Shown: positions 26,348 through 38,553 of the stretch, one piece after another | Layout of the letters: each line of letters opens with the position of its first letter | Position numbering within the stretch: position 1 is the stretch's first letter | Origin: Neodothiora populina | Lineage: Eukaryota | Direction of reading: 5' to 3' | Length of the DNA stretch: 64,000 nt | Assembly (NCBI RefSeq): GCF_041146345.1 | Contig: NW_027191409.1 | Coordinates: forward strand, 1,240,001 to 1,304,000 | Program-made: the position numbers and the translations under genes | Notes under the pieces: model-generated | The model's input: the letters and a program-made list of their open reading frames with translations, nothing else | Told to the model about the DNA's origin: nothing | Databases searched by the model: none

Positions 26348-27277
26348 TTAAGCAGTGGAAGGGGTGGGATCGCCCTTGGCGGGCTGGTCCTTGGGAGCAA
26401 GAGAGAGGTCGAGCTCGAGCTTCCTGACAGCCTTGCCGTCCTCGAAAGGAACAAAGTCGACAACGAGGTCGTCCTTGACGGCGAAGACAGTGTCGGTGGC
26501 GATGTAAGGGTCATCCTTGGGGAAGATCTGGGTGACGCAGCCCTTGTAGTTGTCTGCGGTGATCATAAGGTGAATGTGGGCAGGACGGAAGGGGTGGCGG
26601 TCGAGGAGCTTGAAGATGGCACCGGCGGGGCCATCGGTGGGCAGAGAGTAGGCGGTAGGACGGAGGCAGTAGAACCAGTAATCGCCATTCTCGTTGGTTC
26701 TGAACTTGCCACGGAGATTGTTGTCCTCCTGGTTGTCGGGGTCCTGGAAGTCGTACTTTCCGTTTGAGGAAGCTTGCCAGATGTCGACAACGGCGTTGAC
26801 GATGGGCTTCTTGGTGACAGAGTCGAGGACCTTGCCCTTCATGAGGGTGACAAGACCCTCGTGGGGGGATCTGATGATAGTGTCGCCGTTGTCACGGAAA
26901 GGAGCGCGGGGGCTCCAGAAGGGGCCGAGAATGGCGGAGGAGGTGGGGATGTCACCGGCCTCGGACATCTGAGCGTGGGCCATCTCGTCGACCAACGACT
27001 CGAGACCGAGAACATCAGACATACGGTGGGCCTCGTTACGCTGAGGAGTGCTGATCTGACCGATCCAGTTGACAAACTTAACACCGGCCATCCACTCCTC
27101 GGTGGTGAGCTCGACCTCACGGGCAAAGTCGTGGAGATGAGTGATCAAAGAGGAAAAGATCTCTCTGGTTCTGTCATCACACTTGGGGCCAATGGCATTG
27201 ATGACATTCTGGGTGAAGTTGGGGTCGAATCGCGAAGTCTTCTTGGACTCGTTGGCATTCTTGGTGGTGTCAGACAT
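26348..27277 (-). CDS. prcA: Intradiol ring-cleavage dioxygenase, protocatechuate 3,4-dioxygenase PrcA-like; intronless
   Basis: [41 protein letters not shown] (Fe ligands). The substrate is inferred from the N-terminal signature and the neighbouring genes. Confidence 0.75.
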   Translation of the reverse strand: MSDTTKNANESKKTSRFDPNFTQNVINAIGPKCDDRTREIFSSLITHLHDFAREVELTTEEWMAGVKFVNWIGQISTPQRNEAHRMSDVLGLESLVDEMAHAQMSEAGDIPTSSAILGPFWSPRAPFRDNGDTIIRSPHEGLVTLMKGKVLDSVTKKPIVNAVVDIWQASSNGKYDFQDPDNQEDNNLRGKFRTNENGDYWFYCLRPTAYSLPTDGPAGAIFKLLDRHPFRPAHIHLMITADNYKGCVTQIFPKDDPYIATDTVFAVKDDLVVDFVPFEDGKAVRKLELDLSLAPKDQPAKGDPTPSTA

Positions 27278-27886
27278 GATGGAGATTGATATTGGGGTAA
27301 AAATGATCAATTGGACAAAGTCAATGGAGTAAAAGGAAGAGAGAGAGATGGATGAGAGAATAGTTTCCAAGCCATGGCAGGCGAACAGGCTCTACTTATT
27401 TCTTCGACAAGACTGTACTGACACAGTTAGCAACTGCCCCTCGAGCCCTCATGATCGGACGGCAATACACTCGGCTTGTCCAGGCGGGGCAAAATGCCTG
27501 CCGTCTCGACACTCCGGAGAGCCTGGGGAAGTACTTTATGCTCTCTTGGCGCTTTTGAGCCAATCACCGTCCGAACGATTATTGCGGCACTCCGCAAAAC
27601 CCTCTCTAGCGTCAGGGTCGGGACCGCGACCGATCCACACCTCACTTGCCTTGAACCGAAGCCGAGTGTCATCATGTCAAATTAGCTGCGACACTGGCCC
27701 GCGAGCCGCAAAGCTGTCTTGTCATGTAGTGTCTGGATATCCACGGGAGCTCGTACTCTGCTCATGTGCCCATCTTCGATCATCACAGCAGGCAGGTCTG
27801 TCCGCGTGTTTCATTTCAGACGTCTGCTGTCTTGCCGTGAACCGCTCTTACCCCGCCGCTTCTTCTCTCAGTCACATTCCAGAAAC

Positions 27887-29038
27887 ATGCTTCATCATTT
27901 GATGGTGGGGACCTGGACTCCTCCAGGAGCCATCTTCACTTTGCAATTCGATGACGAGAAATTGACTTTGAAACTGATCAAGAGAACGGAGATTCCCAAG
28001 GATGAACCAATCTCGTGGATGACCTTTGATGTAAGTAGATGTCGGTAAACTTGCAATGTAGTCTTCCATCTCTAAGAGTCCCTTTCCGTTCAGCATGCAA
28101 AGAAAAACATATATGGTGCGGGAATGAAGAAGTGGAACTGCTTCAGTGTGAAGAGCCCGATCGAGATCGTACATCAATCTTCTCATCCATTGGGCGGTCA
28201 TCCTAAGGCCAATGATGCAGACACGAAGACTCGAGCTATATTTGTATTGGCGGCGAAAAAGCCCCCATACAATGTCTATGGCAACCCCTTTTACGATTAC
28301 GCCGGCTATGGAAACGTGTTCTCGGTAGACGAAGAGGGCGGTCTCAAGGAGAACACCCAAAACTACGAGTACTGCCCTGAAACCGCAATCCACGGCATGG
28401 TGTTCGATCCTACCGAGAGCTACATCTACTCTGCAGACATGTGGGCCAACAGAGTTTGGTGTCACAAGAAAGACCCGAAGACCGGCCACCTCGAGACCGT
28501 TGGAAGTGTCGAGGCACCCGGAAAGGGGGACCACCCCCGCTGGGTGGCGATGCATCCAACAGGAAACTATCTCTATGCACTGATGGAGGGCGGGAACCGC
28601 CTCGCAGAGTATGTGATAGATCACCAAACGCACATGCCAGTCCCTACGCACAAGATCTATCCGCTCGTGCCCCCGGGTCACCAGGAAATCTATCCGAAAA
28701 TGTACCGCTCAGATGTCTGTTTCCTCTCAAACAGTGGGAAATATCTGTTTGCCACATCGCGGTCCAACTCCCCAAGTCTCACAGGCTACATCGCCGCATT
28801 CAAGCTCACCGAGACTGGCAGCATCGAGAAGCAGATCTGCCTGAACCCGACACCAACCAGTGGTGGTCACGCCAATGCCATCAGTCCGTGTGACTGGAGC
28901 GATGAATGGCTGGCATTGACAGACGACGAAAAGGGATTCGTGGAGATTTACAGGTGGAACGAGGAGTTCCTTGGTCGCGTGGCTCACTGCGATATCCCTG
29001 AGCCTGGGTTTGGCATGAACGCCATCTGGTACGACTGA
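27887..29038 (+). CDS. cmcA: 3-carboxy-cis,cis-muconate lactonizing enzyme (CMLE, EC 5.5.1.5, beta-propeller); exons 27887-28030, 28094-29038; ~362 aa
   Basis: LHHLMVGTWTPPGAIFT.QFDDEKLT.KLIKRTEIP.DEPISWMTFD|H closely matches Neurospora CMLE as I recall it. Also IHGMVFDP, HPRW and GFGMNAIWYD. Confidence 0.93.
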
Positions 29039-30344
29039 GCTTTTAAGATAGATCTTAGCTGTAGAAACAAACGAACAAACGCAACCCCAAAAGTCGTTCT
29101 CTAGCCATCGCCACTGCCGCTGCCTTGACCATATCTCATCACACCTCTTCGTCTATCGCGCCCGCTGCATCGCATCTACACTTTTTTTTCTCACGCAGAC
29201 CCGCACTTACAGCACGTAGCATCGTCATTTCCACCTATCCCGAATCTTGATCTACTGTACGTACCCACCCAGATACCAGACCACAGTGTCTCCGTGCAAA
29301 CGAACGCTCGGATGCACCACCGATGACCTACATCCATCCATCTAACGCGTGCGGGCCCCAGGCGGACGGAGGTGCACTCCTTCTTCCCCGCCGACACCGC
29401 TGCGCCTCCTCCGCCCATCGCTACCGGACCGGGGGCCGGGAAGAGATCAAACCAAGCAAGGCGCAGCGATGATGCAACACGCAATTACCAAGAAAAAAGA
29501 AAGGATATAAGACCACACCGGACCGTCCGATCCAAATTTCTTGGGAACTAATTACTCTGTGGTGATCCCGTTACCGCACAGCAGCGCAAACAATTGCGGG
29601 CGCCCGCTAGCTCTCTGCCGACCTTAACCTCCGAGGCCGATGCGAAGTGAGGGGCAGTTAATCGGCATGCATGCTGTGCACGGACGCTTAAGGTAGGGCA
29701 ACGGACTCGGGGCTTTAGTGGGGCAAACGTGTAGTGGGAATGTCTGCGGCATGCTGGAGCGCGCGTGGGGTAGTTCTTTGGAGGATTGGGTCATTATGGG
29801 CATATTTCTTTGGCAGTGGGGGTTTTCTTGGACAAGGGAGGAAGACAAGTGAGGTCAGTGAGAGTAAGGTGGGTAGGTAGGCAGTAGGCAAGCTCCGAGG
29901 AATATACCGCAGCAGCCGCTCGCGTGGGGTGCCGCTGTCCATACCCGCGTTTTTGGGAGGAATATCATTTTGTTTTGAGCTGTTGGCTGGCTGTCGGCAG
30001 CTTGTGACGGTAGGTGAGGGGTGAGTATGTGAGGTATGTGCGTTGGGTCGTTTCGAAGTACTGTACCATCGGTCACTCTTTGATGACATTTGCGATTTTC
30101 TTGTGTTTCTACAGAGTGCTTTGCTATCTTGAAGCTTTTGTGTATCTGTCGTTGAATTGATATTCACTTTACAATAGTCGTCCATACACACCTTTTCCTT
30201 CCACAGCTTTGGATCATCTCTCTTGTGATTGAACTACTTGTGTTGTTGCATCCCATACATCAGCTTTACGAACAGCTGAGCTCAGGACCGTGAGATATAT
30301 ACCATCTATAAGACTCAAGTCTACGCTACATCACAAACAACAAA

Positions 30345-32024
30345 ATGGCGCAGACACCGGGCATCCTGTACGTGACGATGCAGCCTTCGTCGTCTCTTCC
30401 GGCGGCAGAGTTCCACGATTGGTACAACAACGAGCATGGACCCAATCGGCTGCGTCTGCCCTTCATCAAGAACGGCTTCCGCTACCGAGCCATTGACCTC
30501 AATGGCAGCTCCGGAAGCGACGCACAGCCAGAATGGATGGCAATCTACGACACGCCGTCGATGGACGAGTTCAACAGCGAAGCCTATCTCGCGCTGCGGG
30601 GATCCCCGGTGCAAAGCCAGCGAGAGCGGGATATCAGACCGTCCGTCAAGATCGACAGACGCAGCTACGATCTGATTTCGACTCGCTCTTCTCCTGCCTT
30701 CAAGCCACTTGAGAACATCGAGAATGCCTCCGAGGGCAACATCGTGCTCTCTGCGCTGCTGACGCCTCACCCTGACAAAGACGCCGGGCAGATCTCCAAG
30801 TGGTACGAAGAGGAGCACACGGACATGATCACCAAGGTCCCCGGATGGCTGCGCACGAGGCGATTCGTGACGGCCAAGATCGACGGCAAGGACACAGTCG
30901 ACTATCTCGCCCTGCACGAGTTCTCGCCGTCACAATGGAAGGGCCTCGACATCCCCGAGTTCAAGGCTGCGACCACAACCCCGTGGGCCAAAGACATCAT
31001 GACCAACGTCATCAAAGACCGGACCATGCGCATCTACGAGCTCTTCTACAACTTCGGTGCCGCGCCCCGCGACATTGGCAGTTTCATCTCTGCAGGCCGT
31101 AAGCCGTGGGACAACCCGCCGACCAAGACCCGCACGATCCCTTCCGGAAGCAACGGCGGAGCAGTAGAGTCGTACATCACGACAAAAGACGGTGTCGACA
31201 TCCCTTACCGAATCGAAAGCAACACGACCGACCCCAACGCGCCCCTGATCGTGCTCTGCAACTCCATCCTCGTGGAATGGGGCATTTGGGACAAATTCGT
31301 CGACTCCTTCCTGAGCAAGAGCAAGTCCGGCTTTCGTGTGCTGCGCTACCATACGCGCGGCCGCTACAACAACCTCAGCAAGACGCCCGTGACGGTCGAC
31401 CTGCTGGCGTCGGACATCATCGCGCTGCTCGACGAGCTCAAAGTGCCAAAGGCCGCACTCGCAATGGGCGTCAGTCTCGGCGGCGCCACCGTGCTCAACG
31501 CCGCACTGAACTACCCCGACCGCATCGGCGCTTTTGCCTCGTGCGACACGAACGACAAGAGCCCCGCGGGCAACAGCAAGGCGTGGACGGACCGCATCGC
31601 GATTGCGGAAAAGGAAAACGCCAGCGCCGCCGACGACAGCAACACGAAGATTGTGGGAGACGAGCTGGCAGAGGTCACGGTCAGACGATGGTTCGTCAAG
31701 GAGAGCTACGACGGGGCGGAGATGGAAAAGGAGTGCGAGCGCGTCAAGGACATGGTTGTCAGGAACAGCCTCGAGGGATTCAAGGGCAGCGTGCGCGCGT
31801 TGTGGGAATACGACATGCAGCCGCTCATGAAAGGGGCCAAGGTCAAGGGTCTATTCGTCGCTGGAAGCGGAGACGGCGTTCTGCCAAAGACTATGAAGGA
31901 CATGGCGGAGAGATATGGCAGCAGTGGCACCGAGTGCGTCATCATCGAGGGTGCTGGTCATCTGCCCATGGTGGAAAAGCCTGAAGACGTCGCCGCTGTT
32001 GCGATCAAGGCTCTCGCGTTGTGA
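30345..32024 (+). CDS. chdA: Carboxymuconolactone hydrolase/decarboxylase-like protein: two N-terminal EthD/Dabb-like repeats plus a 3-oxoadipate enol-lactonase-like alpha/beta hydrolase; 559 aa
   Basis: WYNNEH and WYEEEH repeats, GVSLGG nucleophile elbow, GSGDG and GAGHLPMVE. It lies next to the prcA-like and CMLE genes. Confidence 0.75.
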   Translation: MAQTPGILYVTMQPSSSLPAAEFHDWYNNEHGPNRLRLPFIKNGFRYRAIDLNGSSGSDAQPEWMAIYDTPSMDEFNSEAYLALRGSPVQSQRERDIRPSVKIDRRSYDLISTRSSPAFKPLENIENASEGNIVLSALLTPHPDKDAGQISKWYEEEHTDMITKVPGWLRTRRFVTAKIDGKDTVDYLALHEFSPSQWKGLDIPEFKAATTTPWAKDIMTNVIKDRTMRIYELFYNFGAAPRDIGSFISAGRKPWDNPPTKTRTIPSGSNGGAVESYITTKDGVDIPYRIESNTTDPNAPLIVLCNSILVEWGIWDKFVDSFLSKSKSGFRVLRYHTRGRYNNLSKTPVTVDLLASDIIALLDELKVPKAALAMGVSLGGATVLNAALNYPDRIGAFASCDTNDKSPAGNSKAWTDRIAIAEKENASAADDSNTKIVGDELAEVTVRRWFVKESYDGAEMEKECERVKDMVVRNSLEGFKGSVRALWEYDMQPLMKGAKVKGLFVAGSGDGVLPKTMKDMAERYGSSGTECVIIEGAGHLPMVEKPEDVAAVAIKALAL

Positions 32025-32516
32025 ACTGCTACAGGATCTCCTCATGAAAACAGAAACAAGAAATGTGGGAAGTGGATAAGGTTGGCTTTATGAAGTCCCT
32101 CTTTTCTTTTTCTCTCGATATGCAGAATATAGATAGACCTTCCACAATGAGCCTTATCCTATGGTTTCTTGCTATCCATCGATGGCTTCAGAGTGGGGGA
32201 AAAGGAGATTTTTCTTCCCTCGTATCAGCGGGTCCCGCTCGCTCGTGTCTGACGAAAGGCAGTCAGAGACCAGCAGTCAATACCTCTGTGCCGGTACTGT
32301 CGTGTTCAGCCGATGAGTTGTACGCCTTGGACGTCGTGATTTGATCGTGTCTTGAGCGATCTTGTATTTAAGTTCCTCAAAGGGAAGGATATGGCCGTGA
32401 TTCGTGTCATGAGCTGGGCAAACACTCGACTGTCTATGTGTTGCGGCAGACGAAAGTCCCTTGTGTATGCGCGGGGTATACAATGTCAGCAGTGAGCAGC
32501 TCCTCCCTTGCCGTGT

Positions 32517-33178
32517 CTAGGGAGCTGGGTTATCCCGGACGACCTGTCTGATTTTCTTGTCGTAAGCAGTGCGATCCTTCTTGAAAAGGTTGTATGCATC
32601 TGCCTGGGCGGGAGAGTCGGGATTCGGCTCGTTGAGTAGTGACTGGATGCCTAATAGGATTTCCTTGATGGTAATGGCAGGCTTCCAGCCTTCTTCTTCG
32701 TTGAGAATGGACAGGCAGACGGTGCCGGAAGGGTAGACGTTGGGGTGGAAGAGTGGGGGCACGAATTTGCCTGTCCGTGGTCATTAGCGCGCGCCAGACG
32801 CATGAGATGTCTAGTAGGAGTCGGCGCTTTGCATACACTTTGGGGGCTTTGTTGGGTACTCTGTGTAAATGGCATGTCAGCGGCTGATCTCATGTGTGTG
32901 ACAGTGGTGTGAGATGGGTTTCTGCATACCATCGGGAAACGAGACTTCCAGCTTGAAGAGACCCCCTTCCCATAACGTCTTGTCTTTTCCAGGAATCGAG
33001 CACTCCCACTTCTTCAGGTCAAGAGTGCCTTGGGGGCCTTTGACTGGTTTTGCGACGAAGCCGAATGGGTGGTCTTTGCGCCATTGCTTCCTATGGCAGC
33101 TTTCAGTCGCTGGACGACAAGCGTAAGTGGCACAGCTGCTTACCTCTCTTCTGAGAGACGATTTTGACACAGAGACAT
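32517..33178 (-). CDS. UBC9: SUMO-conjugating enzyme Ubc9; exons 33178-33144, 33090-32930, 32860-32837, 32770-32517; 157 aa
   Basis: [45 protein letters not shown]. Confidence 0.98.
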
Positions 33179-34031
33179 GGCTCAGGAGTCTAGTGAACGC
33201 TTTGTGATGGGGTGCTTGTCAAGTAGATATTCAGCGGAATGCAGGAATCGCGGCAGATGTCTTGCTGGTGTGATGGAAAGTGCAAGTCGAGGGTGAGAGC
33301 GGAATGACAGAGGGATACTGCCAATAACACACGAGGAAAGAAAGTTGTGTTGGTCGTGGCGAGCCTTACTGTAGGAAAGGAAAGACGAACTTCCAAACAT
33401 CAATGTCCTGTCCCGCCGGCATCACAATGCGGCACATCAAACAATGCAAACAATGTCCACCGCCCGGCATTCTGATTTTCTTGATCATCTTGTATCACTG
33501 CTGTGCTTGCACACTACGGCAATGATTGGGATTAGTGACCGTCGTCCTCCAAGAGCTGGGGAACCAGGGCCATGGACAGAACAACAGTAAAGTTTGCCTG
33601 AAGCGGCTAAACGCTCCCTCGCAGTGGATCGTCCAAATAAGGTCTTGTTGTTGTATCATACAGTACAGTGAGGCAGCCACTGTCGATTTGCCTTTTATTA
33701 TTAATGTCTACTGATTACTGGTGTGTGTCTGACGTGGCTACTACTGTATACCTAGGTACCTTACCTCGTTAGTGCAACTTTCTAGACTGACTCTGATAAT
33801 TGCAGCACCAGCGAGGCTCGGAGTAACGCGAGATACTGGTACAACATTCACCTCGGCCCTTGGCAGTTGTGCCTCAGTAGCAGCATTGCCTTGTTTCCTC
33901 TATCAAGCAAACACTTCCGTTCACTCTAACCCGTCACCTGTGACCTTTTTTCGTACATATTGTATAATATCCTGGTCTGATTACTCAGTTCACTCACAAC
34001 CAACCTGTTTCCCGAAGAAGTGAGATCGATC

Positions 34032-35073
34032 ATGGCCGACAAGCAGACAGCCGAGCAGCGTTTCAACCCGGAAACCGCTCCTGACCCAGATGAAGATGAC
34101 CTGTCCGATCTTGATGGTATTGAATCTGATGTAATTCACAGACAATGCAATGACTAATTCGTCCAAGATATGCTCGACGACTTCTCAACAACGACATTAA
34201 AAGACACAAAACCCACGAACCCCGCACCGGCGACAGCTGCCCCTCCAAAGCCTGCTTCTGCGCCTCAGGCATCCACAGAGGATGATGACTTTGCAAAGGA
34301 ACTCCAGGCCGGTATGGCTAGTTTACTGGGTCAGTTCGACCAGAACCCGGACATGCAGAAGCAGTTCGAGGAGATGATGAAAGAATTGAGCACGGCTGCC
34401 GCTGCTGCCGAGGAGCCCAATGCGACTCCGGCCACCACTGTTCCACCGCCAGCGACCACCAAAGCTGCTCAACCAAGTGCCTCGTCGAGTACCAAGAAAC
34501 CTGCCGAGTCTTCCTTCCAAGACACAATCCGCAAGACCATGGAGCGCATGCAGAACTCGGGAGAGACGGCTTCAGCAGCCGCTGCCGGCGCCGGTAGCGA
34601 AGAAGACATGCTGGCTCAGATGCTCAAGGAGATGGAGGGTGGAGGCTTCGGCGGCGGCAGCGAAGAGGATCTCAACAAGATGCTCATGGGCATGATGGAG
34701 CAGTTGACCAACAAGGACATCCTGTACGACCCTATGAAGGAACTACACGATAAGTTCCCCGCCTGGCTCAGCAGCAACAAAGACAAGTGCTCGAAAGAGG
34801 ACCTGGCTCGCTACGAGGAACAGAAAAAGGTGGTCGACGAGATAGTCGCGAGATTCGAGAGGAAGGAGTACAGTGACGAGAGCACCGAAGACAGGGAGTA
34901 CATTGTCGAGAGGATGCAAAAGGTGTGTTTACTCTTCGTGCATCCATACTGCATTCACTGACCTCGCCAATTAGATGCAAGCCGCTGGATCGCCGCCTCC
35001 CGATCTAGTAGGGGACATGAGCGCTGCCCAGGAAGCCCTCGGAGACCTCGACGCCGGCTGCCAACAGCAGTAG
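34032..35073 (+). CDS. PEX19: Peroxisomal import receptor/chaperone Pex19; exons 34032-34116, 34168-34922, 34975-35073; ~312 aa
   Basis: DEDDLSDLD|DMLDDF, FQDTIRKTMERM, MMEQLTNKDILYDPMKEL, MQ|AAGSPPPDL and the C-terminal CaaX CQQQ. Confidence 0.96.
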
Positions 35074-35840
35074 ACGGACCCGTTCTGAGTATCACTGAAG
35101 GTCACTGGCCGCACCTCCACATTCCCACTTCAGCGAGCCACATGGATTTCGTATCTGTGTCCTCCCCAAGAATATCGCAAACCAGGGCACCACCACGCCT
35201 CTTGCTTGTCCTGTCTGGTCGACTTTAGATGATTCCGTGCTCACGCGCATGTAGACATGAGAAGGCCGTCACCAGAACGACCTAGCGCGGAGTAAGTGGG
35301 CAGACTGACATCAGTCATCCAAGATGACAACATCCCTCGGAATCGCTGCTACCCCTATCACTATATCCATGCTTTCGACCTTGTTGTTCGCCAACGAGAA
35401 CTTCAACAAGCCACCAATCATCCGCTGCTGATGGAAATCGTATGGCCAAGTGATGGATGGCGAATGCTCTGCCTCGGAGCACATCTGCAGCTGGAGGAGC
35501 CATGGCCGTGCCCTGGGTCGTATAGGTCAAGACGTATACCTACGCAAGGGATGGTGGTAGTCGAGTGCAACGAGATCTGCATATATTTCCTCTAGGAGGG
35601 GAGGATAGATGCGCTAGTGGGAAATAAAACACGAATGACACGAGTAACGCAGACAATATGGCTTTTTAGCTAGATATACAAGTCACCTTGAATTGAAGAG
35701 AAACAAGAACAGAGCGCAGCATATACGAGCACCGCACTCACTGCATCCATGTTCTGTTCTTCTCCTGCCGAGTTTCTTCTTCCTGCTCTTTTTGATTCTC
35801 CCAAAAGCCGCAGCGAGAAAAGCTCGAAGAGAAAAGAAAC

Positions 35841-37802
35841 TCAACCAACAGTGATGTTGATCATCTTGACATCCTCCTGCGGCTTCTCCTTGTACGTCTT
35901 GACGTTCTCAATGCGATGCACAACATCCATGCCCTTGACCACGCGTCCGAAAACCGTATGTTTGTCATCCAACCACGGCGTCTTCTCCGTCGTGATGAAG
36001 AATTGACTGCCATTGGTGTTCTTTCCCGCGTTGGCCATACTGACCGTATACGGCTTGTCATGGCGCAGCGCAGGCGAGAACTCGTCGCCGAACTCGCGCT
36101 CCCAGATGGACGTGCCGCCTGTTCCGTCCCCTAGCGGGTCGCCGGTTTGGATCATGAACTTGCGGATCACGCGGTGGAAGATGATGTTGTTGTAGTAGCC
36201 GTTGCGCGCGTGCGTGACGAAGTTCTCGACCGCGAGGGGTGCGTGCTGAGGGTATAGACGGATCTGGATGTCGCCGAGGGTGGTGTGGATTGTGGCTGTG
36301 GAGCTGCTCTCGGCGGCTTTTTTCTCTTCGAGCTGGTTTTGCGCGGACAAAAGGTTCTTGGGCTTTTCGTTGTGCACGTCGCGGGATTTGAGACCGCTCG
36401 TGTCGATGCTCTCGTTGGTGAACATGTAGAAGCGCACTTTGCCTGGTCCTGTCGCGACGAGCATGGCATCGCGCGCTTCGGCTTCTTGAAGTAAGGGATT
36501 GTCGCTCGCTGCCATTTGCACTGTCACTACGCCTTTTTTGTCGGGTTGGCCTTGGTATAAAGCGAGGTTCAGAGGTCGGAAGGCTTCTTCTTTGCCGTAG
36601 AGTTTCATCACGCGGTTCGTCAGCGTGTTGACGACTTTTGTTCCTAGTAAAGACCCGTAGAGCAGGAAGTTGCCCGTCTCGTCGAATATGGCGTTCATGC
36701 GAGACTTGACGGATGCGTGTTGCTCGATTTCTCTCTCGACGGCCATGCGGCGTCCGAATTCTACGTCGTCTAGTTTCTCTATCGCCGTGCCTGCTTGTTG
36801 CATTTCTGTGATTGTCTTGATGGACTCGTCGTAGGTCCTGTACAGCTTTCCTGTCGGGAAGTCAAAGATACGGATCTTGCGATCCGGGAAAGATATCGTC
36901 GCGAATTGTTGGCAGGTCGGAGACATTGTGATTGACGTAGGTACGGATTTAGCCTTTTTGAACTCGAAGAGGTTGGTAGAGCTTTTCATTGCAAAGACAT
37001 TGTCGGGTTTTTCGTAGGCGTTGCTTGGACTCCAGTACTCGACCATGCCTCCTTCGTCGACCGACACGACACAGTCATATTGCGGGTTGTAAGCCATGAG
37101 AGACACGGGCGACCTGTGTAGCTTGTCCAGCTTTTGCAGCGGCGTAGTGTTCTCGCCTCGTCCATCATAGATGCTGACGAGGTTATTTGTGTCGTTCGAG
37201 ACAGCCAGCAGCGGGAAAGACGCGCCTCTTCCGTGAACGTAACAGACGCATCTCGGCACAATGTCTGGGTGCAGCATGGCGAGCAGATCAAAAGTAATGA
37301 CATCGAATATCTTGACAGAGCCATCGGCACCAGCTGTGGCAAAGCTCCTGCCGTCGGCGCTGACAGAGACACTCTTGATCTCGCCTGTATGGGCGCGGAA
37401 CTCCTTGACGAACTCAATCTCGCCAGAGACCTTCTTCCAGAACTTGACATAGCCGTCGACGGCGCTGGTGATGAGAAAATCGGTATGGGGGGTGAAAGTG
37501 ACGAAGCTGAGCTGGTCTTTGTGCATCAATGACTTGGAATAGCGAGTCGCGGTAGGCAGAGCGGCGATGTAGAGCTTCTCGTAGGGCAGTCTTCGCCGTT
37601 TCTTCTTGGGCGCAGTCGAGGGCAGAGAGGGGCCGAAGTCGTCGTCTTCGTCGGAGGACGTGTCTTCAGCGCCGTCCTGTTGCGCGTTTGTCCCATTGCC
37701 ATTGCTGTTGCCATTGGCGCTGTTCGCTGCCGTCTCTTCTGCTTCTACATCTGAGCGGGTGCGTTTGGTGCCCTGGGGCGAGGTGAATCCATCGTCCGAC
37801 AT
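35841..37802 (-). CDS. CYP15: WD40-repeat peptidyl-prolyl isomerase Cyp15/PPWD1; 653 aa
   Basis: YSKSLMH WD40 region, FHRVIRKFMIQTGDPLGDGTGG, SMANAGKNTNGSQFFITT and WLDDKHTVFGRV. Confidence 0.96.
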   Translation of the reverse strand: MSDDGFTSPQGTKRTRSDVEAEETAANSANGNSNGNGTNAQQDGAEDTSSDEDDDFGPSLPSTAPKKKRRRLPYEKLYIAALPTATRYSKSLMHKDQLSFVTFTPHTDFLITSAVDGYVKFWKKVSGEIEFVKEFRAHTGEIKSVSVSADGRSFATAGADGSVKIFDVITFDLLAMLHPDIVPRCVCYVHGRGASFPLLAVSNDTNNLVSIYDGRGENTTPLQKLDKLHRSPVSLMAYNPQYDCVVSVDEGGMVEYWSPSNAYEKPDNVFAMKSSTNLFEFKKAKSVPTSITMSPTCQQFATISFPDRKIRIFDFPTGKLYRTYDESIKTITEMQQAGTAIEKLDDVEFGRRMAVEREIEQHASVKSRMNAIFDETGNFLLYGSLLGTKVVNTLTNRVMKLYGKEEAFRPLNLALYQGQPDKKGVVTVQMAASDNPLLQEAEARDAMLVATGPGKVRFYMFTNESIDTSGLKSRDVHNEKPKNLLSAQNQLEEKKAAESSSTATIHTTLGDIQIRLYPQHAPLAVENFVTHARNGYYNNIIFHRVIRKFMIQTGDPLGDGTGGTSIWEREFGDEFSPALRHDKPYTVSMANAGKNTNGSQFFITTEKTPWLDDKHTVFGRVVKGMDVVHRIENVKTYKEKPQEDVKMINITVG

Positions 37803-38553
37803 TTGACGGCGCGCAATCGGTCCGGCGCTGCTGTGAGACGCCTTGGCGGATTCTGCACAGGGGAGGACTCACACTGTGTAAGGGACGGAGATGTGTCGAG
37901 ATGTAGCCGTGAGTCACAGACGGATGTAGAAGGAGGTTACTAGGTAAATCACTAGATGAACATCTCTGTCCTCTGTCTCCTTTACAAGTACGAGAAACAC
38001 AGGGAAGGTGCAGCTACAATTACCGGTGGATCGGCAATCCCGCAGTCCGCAACGACGCTAACCACGGGCGGGAGTGAGTCAGACATCTTCAAGCTTCCAA
38101 CTCAGGGCAGTCACTCACTCCGTCACAGCGTCATCTCCAGTGGTGGGGCATGTGCCTTCCCCATCGACCTTTCTTACAATTGTTCGCCAGTGACCCTGTC
38201 CTGAGTAGGTAATCATCATGTGCTGAACACCAAGAGTAAATAAAACTAGATTTACACGCTGCCCACTTCGCCACCACCTTCTCACTTCTCAAGAACAGTA
38301 TCTTGTCTTCTAGTAAGCGTGGTCCCCTGTACTCTGCAAGCCTTGCAAAAAGTCACCTTGTCAGACATTCAATTGTTTTATCAGGCCGCATATTATTTGA
38401 GCCTGCTTTTCTTTCTTGTGCTTGCCACTCTTGCTGTTCCTCAGTCCAACGCAACTTCCTGTTGTGGCGCGACTCGCTCTTGCTACTCAGACACACACGA
38501 GAGAGACACTTGAGTCTATTTCCTGTTGTCTGCATCCCCAAGATATAGCAGCC

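Noticed and set aside
27278..27370. N-terminal extension of the dioxygenase in the ORF track (likewise extensions for ctr, crz1, FAP1 and DOT5)
   Set aside because: These rely on non-ATG starts and read like pyrimidine-rich 5' UTR. The downstream ATGs fit the expected N-termini.
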